The notes beneath the pieces were generated by a model, which saw only the letters and a program-made list of their open reading frames with translations, was not told the origin of the DNA and did no database searches. Below are positions 20,229-29,207 of a stretch of 64,000 nt of DNA, piece by piece. The DNA is taken from contig CBDCXR010000004.1 of NCBI GenBank assembly GCA_965223845.1, positions 5,280,001-5,344,000 of the forward strand. The letters are read 5' to 3'. This DNA is from Planctomycetota bacterium. GTDB taxonomy: Bacteria > Planctomycetota > UBA8108 > SXIK01. Position numbers and translations under genes: made by a program. The first letter of the stretch is position 1. The number at the start of each line of letters is the position of its first letter.

Positions 20229-20663
20229 ATGCCGACCACGTCCGACCCGACCTCCGCACCGCCGCCATACTCCGTTCTCCTCTTCGACGGCGAGTGTCTT
20301 CTCTGCGACCGCAGCGTGCGCTTCGTCCTAGAGCGCGATCGCCGCGCGCACTTTCATTTCGCGCCGCTCCAGTCGATGTACGGCCAGACTCTACTCGAGC
20401 GGTGCGGGCTCCCCCTTCACGAAGTGAAGTCGATGGTCCTCGTCGATCCGTCGGGCGAATTCGCGACGAAGTCGACCGCGGCGCTTCGCGTCGCCGCGCG
20501 GCTAGGAATGCCGTGGAGCCTCCTCAGCGTGTTTCGTGCCGTCCCGCGGTTTGTGCGCGATGCGATCTACGATATCATCGCGCGGAATCGTTACCGCTGG
20601 TTCGGACGCCGCGACGCCTGCGTGATTCCGGCCGGCGATTGGGCCGAACGCTTTCACGAATAG
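20229..20663 (+). CDS. DCC family thiol-disulfide oxidoreductase (DUF393)
   Basis: LFDGECLLC...FAPLQS...RDAIYDIIARNRYRWFG. Confidence 0.9.
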   Translation: MPTTSDPTSAPPPYSVLLFDGECLLCDRSVRFVLERDRRAHFHFAPLQSMYGQTLLERCGLPLHEVKSMVLVDPSGEFATKSTAALRVAARLGMPWSLLSVFRAVPRFVRDAIYDIIARNRYRWFGRRDACVIPAGDWAERFHE

Positions 20664-20717
20664 CCCCGTCGCGCGGGCGGACATGCGCTCGCGGATCGTC
20701 ACCACCGAGGACTCGAC

Positions 20718-21464
20718 ATGCGCTCGACGAAAACGCTCGTGGTCACTTGTGCCGCGATGGCGGCCATCGCTTCTGGATTGCTCGTCCATTCGACTCAGGT
20801 AGAGAGCCTCGCGAAGCATCCGCCCGTTCCGCGTCTCATCGCGGGGAAGAGCCCGGGGGCGCCGCCGTCCGATGCCGTCCTTCTCATCGGAGACGACGGA
20901 CTCTCGAAGTGGCAGAGCGCGAAGACCAAGGGAGCAGCGAAGTGGGATTTCGAAGACGGGGTCGCCACCGTAAACGGGACCGGCGACATCATCACGAAAG
21001 AGAAATTCGGCGACTGTCAGCTTCACATGGAGTGGCGCATCCCCAAGGAAGCGGGGAACAACGAGGGAAAGGGAAACAGCGGAGTCAAGCTGCACACTCG
21101 CTACGAGGTACAGATTCTCAATTCGTATCCGCAGTCGAAGAATCCCATTCAGCAAGCGGGCGCGATCTACGTTCAGCATCCCCCGCTCGTCAACGTATGC
21201 CGGAAAGCTGGAGAGTGGCAGACGTACGATATCGTCTTTCGCGCGCCGCGATTCGACGAGAATGGTGAAGTCCGCGAGAAAGGAACTCTCACGGTTTTCC
21301 ACAACGGCGTGCTCATCCAAGATCACGCGGAGATCCAGGGTCCGACGAACTCGAAGCGGAAGGCGTCGCCTCACTACAAGAAGCCGCTTCTCCTTCAGGA
21401 TCACGGGGCGCGTGTGAGCTTCCGGAACGTGTGGGTGCGGCCGCTTACGGATCGGGAGGAGTGA
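20718..21464 (+). CDS. DUF1080 (3-keto-disaccharide hydrolase family) protein
   Basis: PPSDAVLL, FGDCQLHMEW, GNSGV, YEVQIL, GEWQTYDI, LQDHG..VSFRNVWV. Confidence 0.9.
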   Translation: MRSTKTLVVTCAAMAAIASGLLVHSTQVESLAKHPPVPRLIAGKSPGAPPSDAVLLIGDDGLSKWQSAKTKGAAKWDFEDGVATVNGTGDIITKEKFGDCQLHMEWRIPKEAGNNEGKGNSGVKLHTRYEVQILNSYPQSKNPIQQAGAIYVQHPPLVNVCRKAGEWQTYDIVFRAPRFDENGEVREKGTLTVFHNGVLIQDHAEIQGPTNSKRKASPHYKKPLLLQDHGARVSFRNVWVRPLTDREE

Positions 21465-21491
21465 GTTCTTTCGTCGTCCTTCGGAAGGATT

Positions 21492-21530
21492 TCACCACGA
21501 AGGGCACGAAGGACACGAAGGAAGAGAAAG
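21492..21530 (+). repeat. Short intergenic CACGAAG tandem repeat (REP-like)
   Basis: tcaccacgaagggcacgaaggacacgaaggaag. Related copies at about 25131-25150 / 26511-26530, and inverted at about 26655-26668. Confidence 0.55.
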
Positions 21531-21564
21531 AGTACAGAGAGAGAGTGTGTGTGATGGTGAACGT

Positions 21565-23667
21565 ATGGCAACGATGAGTCGGACGTGGTGTTTGAGGTCG
21601 CGAACTTGTTGTCTTGTTTTGTTCAGCGCCTTGACGCCGCTGATCTCATCCGACGCGTCGGGGCTCGAGTCCGACGATGTCCTGGTCGCCGATTTTGAGG
21701 GTGATACCTACGGCGAGTGGACGAGCGAGGGGGCTGCGTTCGGCAGCGCGCCCGCGCGTGGGACGCTCCAGGGGCAGATGCATGTCTCGGGTTATCGCGG
21801 GGAGCGCCTCGTCAACTCGTTCTTCGACGGTGATCGCACGGTCGGGGCGCTGACGTCGCCCGAGTTCGAGATCACGCGCGACTTCATCGCGTTCCTCGTC
21901 GGCGGAGGACGCCATCCCGAAGCTACCGGCATCGAGCTCCTCCTCGAAGGGAAGCCGGTACGCCGCGCGACCGGCACCGACTCCGAGGAGCTCGGCTGGC
22001 ATTCATGGAATGTGAAGGACCTCCGCGGGAAACGCGTGCGCCTGCGGATCTTCGACCGTCACACGGGCGGCTGGGGGCACATCAACGTCGATCACATCTT
22101 ACTCACGGACAGGGAGCGTCGCCGTCCCGAGGACGTTCCGATCGAGGTCTACCGCAAGTCGCCCGAGTACTACCGCGAACGCTACCGGCCGCAGTTTCAC
22201 TTCAGCCCCGAAGTGAACTGGATGAACGACCCGAACGGTCTCGTCTACGCCGGCGGCGAATATCACCTCTTCTACCAGTACAACCCGTGGGGCATCCGCT
22301 GGGGGCACATGAGCTGGGGGCACGCGGTGAGTACCGATCTCGTCCACTGGAAGCATCTCCCCGTCGCCCTCTACGAAGAGAACGGTGTGATGATCTTTTC
22401 CGGCTGCGCCGTCGTCGACGCGAAGAACACGAGCGGTTTCGGGACCGCAGCGCGGCCACCGCTCGTCGCGATCTACACGGGTCATACATCGAAGAAGCAG
22501 GATCAGCGGCTCGCCTACAGCATCGACCGCGGACGGACATGGACGAAGTATGGCGGGAACCCCGTACTCGACATGGGCGAGAAAGACTTCCGCGATCCGA
22601 AGGTGTTCTGGCACGAGCCGACGAGCCGCTGGGTGATGGTCGTCTCGCTCGCCGCGGCGAAGCGACTCCAGTTCTACGGCTCGACGGATCTCAAAGAGTG
22701 GACGCACCTCAGCGACTTCGGCCCCGCCGGCAAAGTCGAGAAGCCGAACTGGGAATGCCCGGATCTCTTCGAGCTCCCGATCGAAGGGCGGAAGGAAGGA
22801 ACGCCGGGCTCTACGCGGTGGGTGCTCGAGGTCGACATGGGAAGCGGCTCCATCGCCGGCGGGTCGGGAGGCGAGTACTTCGTGGGGACGTTCGACGGCG
22901 AGCGATTCGTCAACGACAACCCGGACGACCAAGTTCTCTGGGTCGACTACGGTCGCGACTTCTACGCGGCGGTGTCGTTTTCCGACATTCCCGCGCGCGA
23001 CGGCCGGCGGATTTGGATCGGCTGGTTCAACAACTGGGAGACCGCACTCCTCCCCACGAAGCCTTGGCGGAGCGCACAGTCGATCCCGCGGACGCTCTCC
23101 CTCCGCGAGACGAAGGACGGCCTCCGCCTCGTTCAGCGTCCGGTGCGCGAGCTCACTCGACTGCGCGGCGAGCCGTATCGACTCGATGCGCCCACTTCGG
23201 ATCTCGCGACTGTCGGGCGTGCGCTCGCCTCACGGGATTTCGGATTGCACTACGAGATCGATCTCGAAATCGAGGTGCGCGACGCCAAGTCGTGCGGCAT
23301 CGAGGTGCGAAAGGGAAACAGCGAAACGACCCCGATCGGATTCGATCGTAACGAACGCGACCAGAATCGAGGCGAAGTGTTCGTCGACCGGACGGGCTCG
23401 GGCGACGGGGCATTCCACAAACGGTTCCCCGGACGCCACGCTGGCCCCGTCGAGCTCGAGGACGGCCGCGTGGGGCTCCGCATCTTCGTCGATACGTCCT
23501 CCGTCGAGGTCTTCGCCCAGGACGGAATCCTCGCGATCAGCGATCGCATCTTCCCGTCGCCCGAGAGTCGCGGGATCGAGCTCTTCTCGCGCGGCGGTTC
23601 GGCTCGCTTGACGAAGCTCGTCGTGTGGCCGCTCCGCTCGATCTGGCACTCGGGCGCGGGCGATTGA
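21565..23667 (+). CDS. Glycoside hydrolase family 32 (levanase/beta-fructosidase) with N-terminal accessory domain
   Basis: Catalytic motifs WMNDPNG, FRDPKV, WECPD; C-terminal DTSSVEVF beta-sandwich; signal peptide. Confidence 0.95.
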   Translation: MATMSRTWCLRSRTCCLVLFSALTPLISSDASGLESDDVLVADFEGDTYGEWTSEGAAFGSAPARGTLQGQMHVSGYRGERLVNSFFDGDRTVGALTSPEFEITRDFIAFLVGGGRHPEATGIELLLEGKPVRRATGTDSEELGWHSWNVKDLRGKRVRLRIFDRHTGGWGHINVDHILLTDRERRRPEDVPIEVYRKSPEYYRERYRPQFHFSPEVNWMNDPNGLVYAGGEYHLFYQYNPWGIRWGHMSWGHAVSTDLVHWKHLPVALYEENGVMIFSGCAVVDAKNTSGFGTAARPPLVAIYTGHTSKKQDQRLAYSIDRGRTWTKYGGNPVLDMGEKDFRDPKVFWHEPTSRWVMVVSLAAAKRLQFYGSTDLKEWTHLSDFGPAGKVEKPNWECPDLFELPIEGRKEGTPGSTRWVLEVDMGSGSIAGGSGGEYFVGTFDGERFVNDNPDDQVLWVDYGRDFYAAVSFSDIPARDGRRIWIGWFNNWETALLPTKPWRSAQSIPRTLSLRETKDGLRLVQRPVRELTRLRGEPYRLDAPTSDLATVGRALASRDFGLHYEIDLEIEVRDAKSCGIEVRKGNSETTPIGFDRNERDQNRGEVFVDRTGSGDGAFHKRFPGRHAGPVELEDGRVGLRIFVDTSSVEVFAQDGILAISDRIFPSPESRGIELFSRGGSARLTKLVVWPLRSIWHSGAGD

Positions 23668-23713
23668 TCCGACGTCCGAACGTTCACTTCTCGCTCCATC
23701 CATCGAGGCGATC

Positions 23714-25087
23714 ATGAATGGCTCCATCGTTCAGCGCTGCTTTCTCGTCTCCGTTTTCATCGCTTTGAGCGCGTCTGGCTTCCATGCGGCTCGGGCCCAG
23801 GAAGCCGATCGCCCCAACCTTCTCGTGATCCTCGTCGACGACCTCGGCGTCGGCGATCTCGCGTGCTACGGCGCGAAGGATCTTCGTACACCCGCCATCG
23901 ATCGTCTCGCCTCGCGCGGGGTGCGATTGGAGAACTTCTACGCGAACTGCCCGGTCTGCTCGCCGACGCGCGCCGCTCTTCTTTCGGGGCGTTACCCCGA
24001 GATGGTCGGCGTCCCCGGAGTCGTCCGCACGCATGCGCGCGACAACTGGGGAAAGCTCGTCGCGAACGCGAAGCTCCTCCCCGAGCTTCTCTCGGGTGCC
24101 GGATACCACACGGCGATCGTCGGCAAATGGCACCTCGGCCTCGAAAAACCGGATCGTCCGCACGACCGCGGATTCGATCTCTTTCACGGCTTCCTCGGCG
24201 ACATGATGGACGACTACTACAACCACCGCCGGCACGGGAACAACTACATGCGGCGGAACGACGAAGTGATCGATCCCCCGGGACACGCGACCGATCTCTT
24301 CACCGATTGGGCGATCGACTACCTCGAGTCGAGGAAAGCCGCGCGCGACCCGTTCTTCCTCTACCTCTCGTACAACGCCCCGCACACTCCGATCCAGCCG
24401 CCCGAGGACTGGATTTCGAAGGTGAAGGAGCGCGAGCCAGAGATGAATCCCAAGCGCGTCAAGCTCGCCGCGCTCATCGAGCATCTCGACCACGGCATCG
24501 GCCGCGTCCTCGCGGCGCTCGACAGCACCGGCCTCGCGAACAAGACGCTCGTCGTCTTCACGTCGGACAACGGCGGACAAGTGAACGTCGGCGCGAACAA
24601 CGGCCCTTGGCGCGCGGGAAAAGGGACGGTGTACGAAGGAGGGATTCGCGTCGCATTCGTCGCTTCGTGGCCGGGGCGGATCGCGCCTGGGACTACGTCG
24701 AGCCACGTCGGGCTCACGATGGACCTCTACCCGACGCTCCTCGAGGCCGCGGGAGTCAAGGTGTCGCACGCGATCGACGGAGTGAGCTTCCTCGGCGCAC
24801 TGAGAGGGCAATCTCGTTCGGCGCCCGAACGCGACCTGTTCTTCGCGCGGCGCGAGGGCGGGGTCGGCTTCGGAGGCAAAACCATCGAGGCGCTCCGGAG
24901 CGGCGACTGGAAGCTCCTCCAAAACTCACCCTACGCGGCCCTCGAGCTCTACAACCTCGCGGACGATCCGCGGGAAGCAAACGATCTCCGAACGAAACGC
25001 CCCAAAGTCTTCCGCGATCTCGCGGCGAAGCTGCGCCGGCAGATCCAGCGCTACGGGTCAGTTCCGTGGCAGAGGGGGGAGGACTGA
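23714..25087 (+). CDS. Sulfatase (Cys-type)
   Basis: PNLLVILVDDLG, CSPTRAALLSG, GKWHLG, FTSDNG. Confidence 0.95.
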   Translation: MNGSIVQRCFLVSVFIALSASGFHAARAQEADRPNLLVILVDDLGVGDLACYGAKDLRTPAIDRLASRGVRLENFYANCPVCSPTRAALLSGRYPEMVGVPGVVRTHARDNWGKLVANAKLLPELLSGAGYHTAIVGKWHLGLEKPDRPHDRGFDLFHGFLGDMMDDYYNHRRHGNNYMRRNDEVIDPPGHATDLFTDWAIDYLESRKAARDPFFLYLSYNAPHTPIQPPEDWISKVKEREPEMNPKRVKLAALIEHLDHGIGRVLAALDSTGLANKTLVVFTSDNGGQVNVGANNGPWRAGKGTVYEGGIRVAFVASWPGRIAPGTTSSHVGLTMDLYPTLLEAAGVKVSHAIDGVSFLGALRGQSRSAPERDLFFARREGGVGFGGKTIEALRSGDWKLLQNSPYAALELYNLADDPREANDLRTKRPKVFRDLAAKLRRQIQRYGSVPWQRGED

Positions 25088-25213
25088 CGTTCTCGGCGGG
25101 GTTTGGTTCTCGAGACTTTCTGGGAAGAGGTTCACACGAAGAGCGCGAAGGATTGGTGCCGACCCGATTCGCGCAGAAATATACGCTTAGCGGTGCTGTC
25201 AAGGAGCTTGTGG

Positions 25214-25243
25214 TTGACCGAGCAGATAGTTGATGGTATCAAT
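25214..25243 (+). promoter_or_regulatory. Putative sigma70 promoter overlapped by a MarR-type operator
   Basis: TTGACC-N17-TATCAA; palindrome TTGAT-GGT-ATCAA at 25230-25242 covers the -10 element. Confidence 0.5.
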
Positions 25244-25276
25244 CAGCTGTCTGGTTCCAATCCACAGGAGGACCGA

Positions 25277-25870
25277 ATGTCAGACGAGAAGTTCACCGCT
25301 GAGAACGCGGCCATGCTGCTGATCGACCACCAGGTGGGGACTATGGGCTGGGTTCGGTCGGTCGATTTCGAAGAGCTGAAGACCAACGCGATCGTTCTCG
25401 CGAAGGCCGCCTCAGCCCTTGGAATGCCGGTTGTGCTGACGAGCAGCATGGAAGACCAAGCGCAGGGACCACTCATGCCGGAGCTTGAAGAAATCCTTCC
25501 GGAACAGTTCGCTTCGCGTGTCCGTCGGGGTGGAATCGTGAACTGCTGGGAAGACGCCGATTTTTCTGGGGCAGCGAAGAAAGCCGGTCGCAAGAACCTT
25601 ATCATGGCGGGCGTGACCACCGACGTGTGCCTGGCTCCCCCTGCGATTAGCGCCGTGGCCGAAGGCTACCGGGTTCAGGCAGTGGTCGACGCTTCCGGGT
25701 CACCGACGCAGATTGCCGACGACATTGCGTTTCGCCAAATGGAGAGCGGCGGCGTGTTTCTGACCACGACAAACGCTCTGGTCTCCGAGCTCGCACAGGA
25801 CTGGAGTTCTCCCGGAGGCGGTGCATTGATCGAGATTCTCGCTCGAGAGAAGCTCTCCAAACTCGGATAG
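25277..25870 (+). CDS. YcaC-like isochorismatase/cysteine hydrolase
   Basis: LLIDHQVG, VVLTSS, GIVNCWED, AGVTTDVC; AGGAGG RBS before ATG 25277. Confidence 0.9.
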   Translation: MSDEKFTAENAAMLLIDHQVGTMGWVRSVDFEELKTNAIVLAKAASALGMPVVLTSSMEDQAQGPLMPELEEILPEQFASRVRRGGIVNCWEDADFSGAAKKAGRKNLIMAGVTTDVCLAPPAISAVAEGYRVQAVVDASGSPTQIADDIAFRQMESGGVFLTTTNALVSELAQDWSSPGGGALIEILAREKLSKLG

Positions 25871-25882
25871 AGCGAATGCCCA

Positions 25883-26335
25883 ATGGCGAGGACCGCGACC
25901 GGCTACAAGCTGCACGATAGCACTGGTCATTGGATTGCTCGAGTGTTCGGGGCGATGCGCCGGGAGTTCGACAAGGAACTTCGGGAACACGGAGTGAGTA
26001 TCAGTGAGTGGGCCGTTCTTGCAGGACTGCGCAGCGGCGAGGCAAGCACGCCTTCGCAGCTCGCTGACCTTGCTGGTCTCGACCGTGCCGTTGTGACCCG
26101 TGCCCTGGACGGCGTGGTGGAAGCGAAGGGCTTAGCTACTCGAGAGCTGAGCGGTGAGGACAAGCGCTCTTTCACGATTGAGCTGACGGCTGCGGGTGAC
26201 CGAGTTGTCTCAAAGCTTCTCGAGGCGAACAAGCGAATCAACGACGAATTTCTTCGTGGTCTGTCGTCCCGCGAGACGAACCAGTTCCGTCGCACGCTAA
26301 AGCGCATGCTCGAGAACGCCCCGGATATCAAGTGA
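25883..26335 (+). CDS. MarR-family transcriptional regulator
   Basis: EWAVL...TPSQLA..LDRAVVTRAL...DKRSFTIELTAAG winged helix. Confidence 0.9.
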   Translation: MARTATGYKLHDSTGHWIARVFGAMRREFDKELREHGVSISEWAVLAGLRSGEASTPSQLADLAGLDRAVVTRALDGVVEAKGLATRELSGEDKRSFTIELTAAGDRVVSKLLEANKRINDEFLRGLSSRETNQFRRTLKRMLENAPDIK

Positions 26336-26336
26336 C

Positions 26337-26440
26337 CGTCTGCGAAACCGTTCGTTTTCTTAGGCACATATCGTCCACGAAGGGTCTGATTCCGTAGACG
26401 ATATCCGTTCAGAAAATCTCGGTGAGACTTGTTTTGAACA
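26337..26440. other. Putative serine-resolvase res site (three inverted-repeat subsites)
   Basis: Subsites 26337-26366, 26372-26400 and 26406-26440 with YGTYYA-like half-sites, separated by 5-nt AT-rich spacers. Confidence 0.5.
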
Positions 26441-26676
26441 CCTCCACCGAGTCCGAGGCGACCAGCGCTTACCGTATGTTTTTGCGCGAATCCGGTCGGT
26501 GCCCTAGGATCGCGAAGAAAGACGAAGAAGAGAGGGATGGATCGGTAGAGAGACTCGGGTCCGTTGGGAACCCGCGTGGTGAGATCTGCCTTGGGCGGGC
26601 GCGCTGCAGCTTGCTTCTTCAGCGTCACTGCCTTTCGCTTTCTGCCGACCTTCTCCCTTCGTGGTAAATCCTCTCT

Positions 26677-27801
26677 TCAGATATCACGATCGGCCGAGGC
26701 AGCGGGAATCGCCTCAGCATCCAACCGCCGATTCTCCTGCTGAATGAGCTGCCCGCAAGCCGCAGCGATGTCCGGTCCGAGTGACACCCGAAGCGTCGTC
26801 TCGAACCCGGCGCGCTTGAGCGCCCGGGCGAACTCCTCGCGCCGCGGCTTCGGCGTCGCTTCGAGATCGTCCGCGCCGTCGATCGGGTTGTACGGAATCA
26901 GGTTCACGTGCACGCGTAGACCACGCAGGAACTCGATGAGACGCGCAAGATCTTCATCGCGATCATTGAGCCCGCGAAGAAGCAGGTACTCGATCATCAC
27001 TCCCTGCTCTTGCACAGCGTTCAGCTCGACGAGCGTCTCGCGCAGCTCATCAAGGGTGTAGATCTTCGCGAGCGGAATGATCCGCCGGCGAACATCGGGG
27101 TCGACGCTGTGCAGGCTGAGCGCGAGATGAACCCGAGGAAAGCGCTCCGCGCATCGCAGCATCGCAGCCGGGATCCCGACCGTCGACACAAGGATCCGGC
27201 GTGCAGAGTGATGAAAGCACTCGGGCGCGACCAGCGTCTCGAGCGTGCGGTAGAGATTCTCTTCGTTGTGGAAGGGTTCCCCCATGCCCATGAACACGAT
27301 GTTCCGCACTCGCCTGCCCTCGACGGCTAGGAGCTGGTTCGCGCGCACGATCTGATCGAGTATCTCGCTCCGACCGAGATCGTGGGCGACGCCCATTCTT
27401 CCTGTGGCGCAGAAAGAGCAGTTCGCCGCGCAGCCGACCTGCGAGGACACGCAGAGCGCCGTCCGGCCGGTATCGATCCGCAGGATCACCGTCTCGAGAA
27501 GAAACCCCTCACGAGTTCGAAAGACCAGCTTCGACGCCCCATCGACGCGCGAGTCACACCGCTCGACGAGGTCGAGCGAATGGAGCTCGACTTCGGCCGC
27601 AAACCGCTCGCGAAGATGTTCCCCGATCTCGGCGAGCGCACGATCCCTCGACTCGGATCGCTTGAGAAACGCATTCCGAAACTTGCGCAGCTCATCTCGC
27701 GGCACGCGGAGCTGGGCGCGCAATCTCTCGATCGCAACTGGGTCGTGGAGGGAAGGCATGGGGGCGGTGAGGTCGTCGCCGGAGGAGGAGTCGCGGCTCA
27801 C
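26677..27801 (-). CDS. rlmN: Radical SAM 23S rRNA (A2503-C2) methyltransferase
   Basis: CVSSQVGCAANCSFCATG, VFMGMGEP, LALSLH, VNLIPYN, DIAAACGQL. Confidence 0.9.
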   Translation of the reverse strand: MSRDSSSGDDLTAPMPSLHDPVAIERLRAQLRVPRDELRKFRNAFLKRSESRDRALAEIGEHLRERFAAEVELHSLDLVERCDSRVDGASKLVFRTREGFLLETVILRIDTGRTALCVSSQVGCAANCSFCATGRMGVAHDLGRSEILDQIVRANQLLAVEGRRVRNIVFMGMGEPFHNEENLYRTLETLVAPECFHHSARRILVSTVGIPAAMLRCAERFPRVHLALSLHSVDPDVRRRIIPLAKIYTLDELRETLVELNAVQEQGVMIEYLLLRGLNDRDEDLARLIEFLRGLRVHVNLIPYNPIDGADDLEATPKPRREEFARALKRAGFETTLRVSLGPDIAAACGQLIQQENRRLDAEAIPAASADRDI

Positions 27802-28139
27802 TCGCCGCGGCGTTGCCAGCTCGCGCGCTCGGCGAGGCGGCGGTCGGATGCTTCCTCCGCCGATCGCAGCTGTTTTTGAAGCCTATAGAGGATGTACCAA
27901 CTGCTCCACATGCACAGGAGACCGACCGGGAGAAGAATCGAGACCATCGTGGTCATCGCATCGGTGAGATGACCGAGCGAATCGAACTTGTCGCGCGACC
28001 AGAGAGCCGATGTTCCCGCGGCCGCGGCCAGAAGTCCGTACCCCTGCAGAGTGAGCGATCGCCGCTGAGCGAGCCAATAGGAATCGCGCCACCGTTTTCG
28101 TCGGTCCATCCCGCGGCCTCGCGTTCCCGGAGTTTTCAT
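27798..28139 (-). CDS. Small two-TM hypothetical protein
   Basis: Two hydrophobic segments; stop overlaps the rlmN start; start uncertain. Confidence 0.5.
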   Translation of the reverse strand: MKTPGTRGRGMDRRKRWRDSYWLAQRRSLTLQGYGLLAAAAGTSALWSRDKFDSLGHLTDAMTTMVSILLPVGLLCMWSSWYILYRLQKQLRSAEEASDRRLAERASWQRRGE

Positions 28140-28213
28140 CGGACGGTCCTCGATCCAAGCTACTCCGACCCGACTGACACTCGCCTCGTGTGAACCTCTC
28201 CGTCCGTCGACTC

Positions 28214-29197
28214 CTACCGACCGACGTTCACGATCACCTTCCCGTAGGCCCCACCCTCCACCGCCTCGTGAGCCCGCGCGGTGTCTTCGAGCGGAAAGCG
28301 CGGTCCGACGTGCTGCTTCAGCGATCCGGCGGCGAGCCATCGGTCGATATCGCGGATCGCATGCGTCTTCGCTTCGTCGGGCATGAGGAACACGATCACG
28401 TGGTGAACGGAGATGCTCTTATAAAGGAGCTGGTAGAAAGGAAGTTTCGGTTCGGGGACGACTTGAGACGCGTACGCGGCGATCACCCCGCCGGTCTTGA
28501 TCGCACCGAGAGCCGCATCGAGGTTCCCCCCGAACTCGACTTCGACGACGCGATCGGCCCCGCGGCCATCGGTGATCTCCTGGACCCGCTCCGCGACATT
28601 CTCCAGCCGGTAGTTGAGGACGACGTCCGCACCGACTTCGCGCGCCCCGGCCGCCTTCTCGTCTCCGCTCACGGTCGCGACCACGCGCGCACCGCCGAGC
28701 TTCGCGAACTGAACCGCATATCGCCCGACCGCGCCCGCACCGCCTGTGACGAGCACGGTCTGCCCCTCGACCGGACCGTCGGCGAACACCGAGCGATGCG
28801 CGGTCATCGCCGGAATGCCGAGGCACGCGCCGTCGTCGAACGTCGCACCCTCGGGAAGCGGGATCGCGCGCTCCTCCGGAAGGGACACCAGCTCCGCCGC
28901 GCTGCCCGTGTCCTGCCCCCACTGCGCTTCGTAAAGCCAGACGCGCTCACCGACGCGACGTTCACTCACCCCCGCACCGACTCGGTCGATGACGCCCGCG
29001 CCATCGAAATGAGGAATGACTCGCGGAGACGTCATCTCCCCACGGCCACCCAGTCGGCGCTTGACGTCGATCGGATTCACTCCCGACGTCTCGACGCGCA
29101 CTCGAACCTCGCCCGTCCCGGGCTCCGGATCCGGAAGCTCTCCGAACCGAAGCACGTCGGTCGCGGGACCAAAACTCTCGTACCAAACCGCTCGCAT
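28214..29197 (-). CDS. NADPH:quinone oxidoreductase (zeta-crystallin/MDR family)
   Basis: GVNPID, PHFDGAG, VLVTGGAGAVG, AHEAVE...GKVIV. Confidence 0.92.
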   Translation of the reverse strand: MRAVWYESFGPATDVLRFGELPDPEPGTGEVRVRVETSGVNPIDVKRRLGGRGEMTSPRVIPHFDGAGVIDRVGAGVSERRVGERVWLYEAQWGQDTGSAAELVSLPEERAIPLPEGATFDDGACLGIPAMTAHRSVFADGPVEGQTVLVTGGAGAVGRYAVQFAKLGGARVVATVSGDEKAAGAREVGADVVLNYRLENVAERVQEITDGRGADRVVEVEFGGNLDAALGAIKTGGVIAAYASQVVPEPKLPFYQLLYKSISVHHVIVFLMPDEAKTHAIRDIDRWLAAGSLKQHVGPRFPLEDTARAHEAVEGGAYGKVIVNVGR

Positions 29198-29207
29198 GTC
29201 GCTCCGA

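Larger units (their letters stand above)
25154..26505. mobile_element. Non-autonomous Tn3-family-like cassette carrying ycaC and marR
   Basis: Imperfect 38-bp terminal IRs (25153-25190 and 26468-26505, 29/38 identical) ending ACG(C/G)T(T/A)AG. AGGAT duplicated at 25149-25153 and 26506-26510. Res-like triple palindrome inside. No transposase. Confidence 0.75.
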
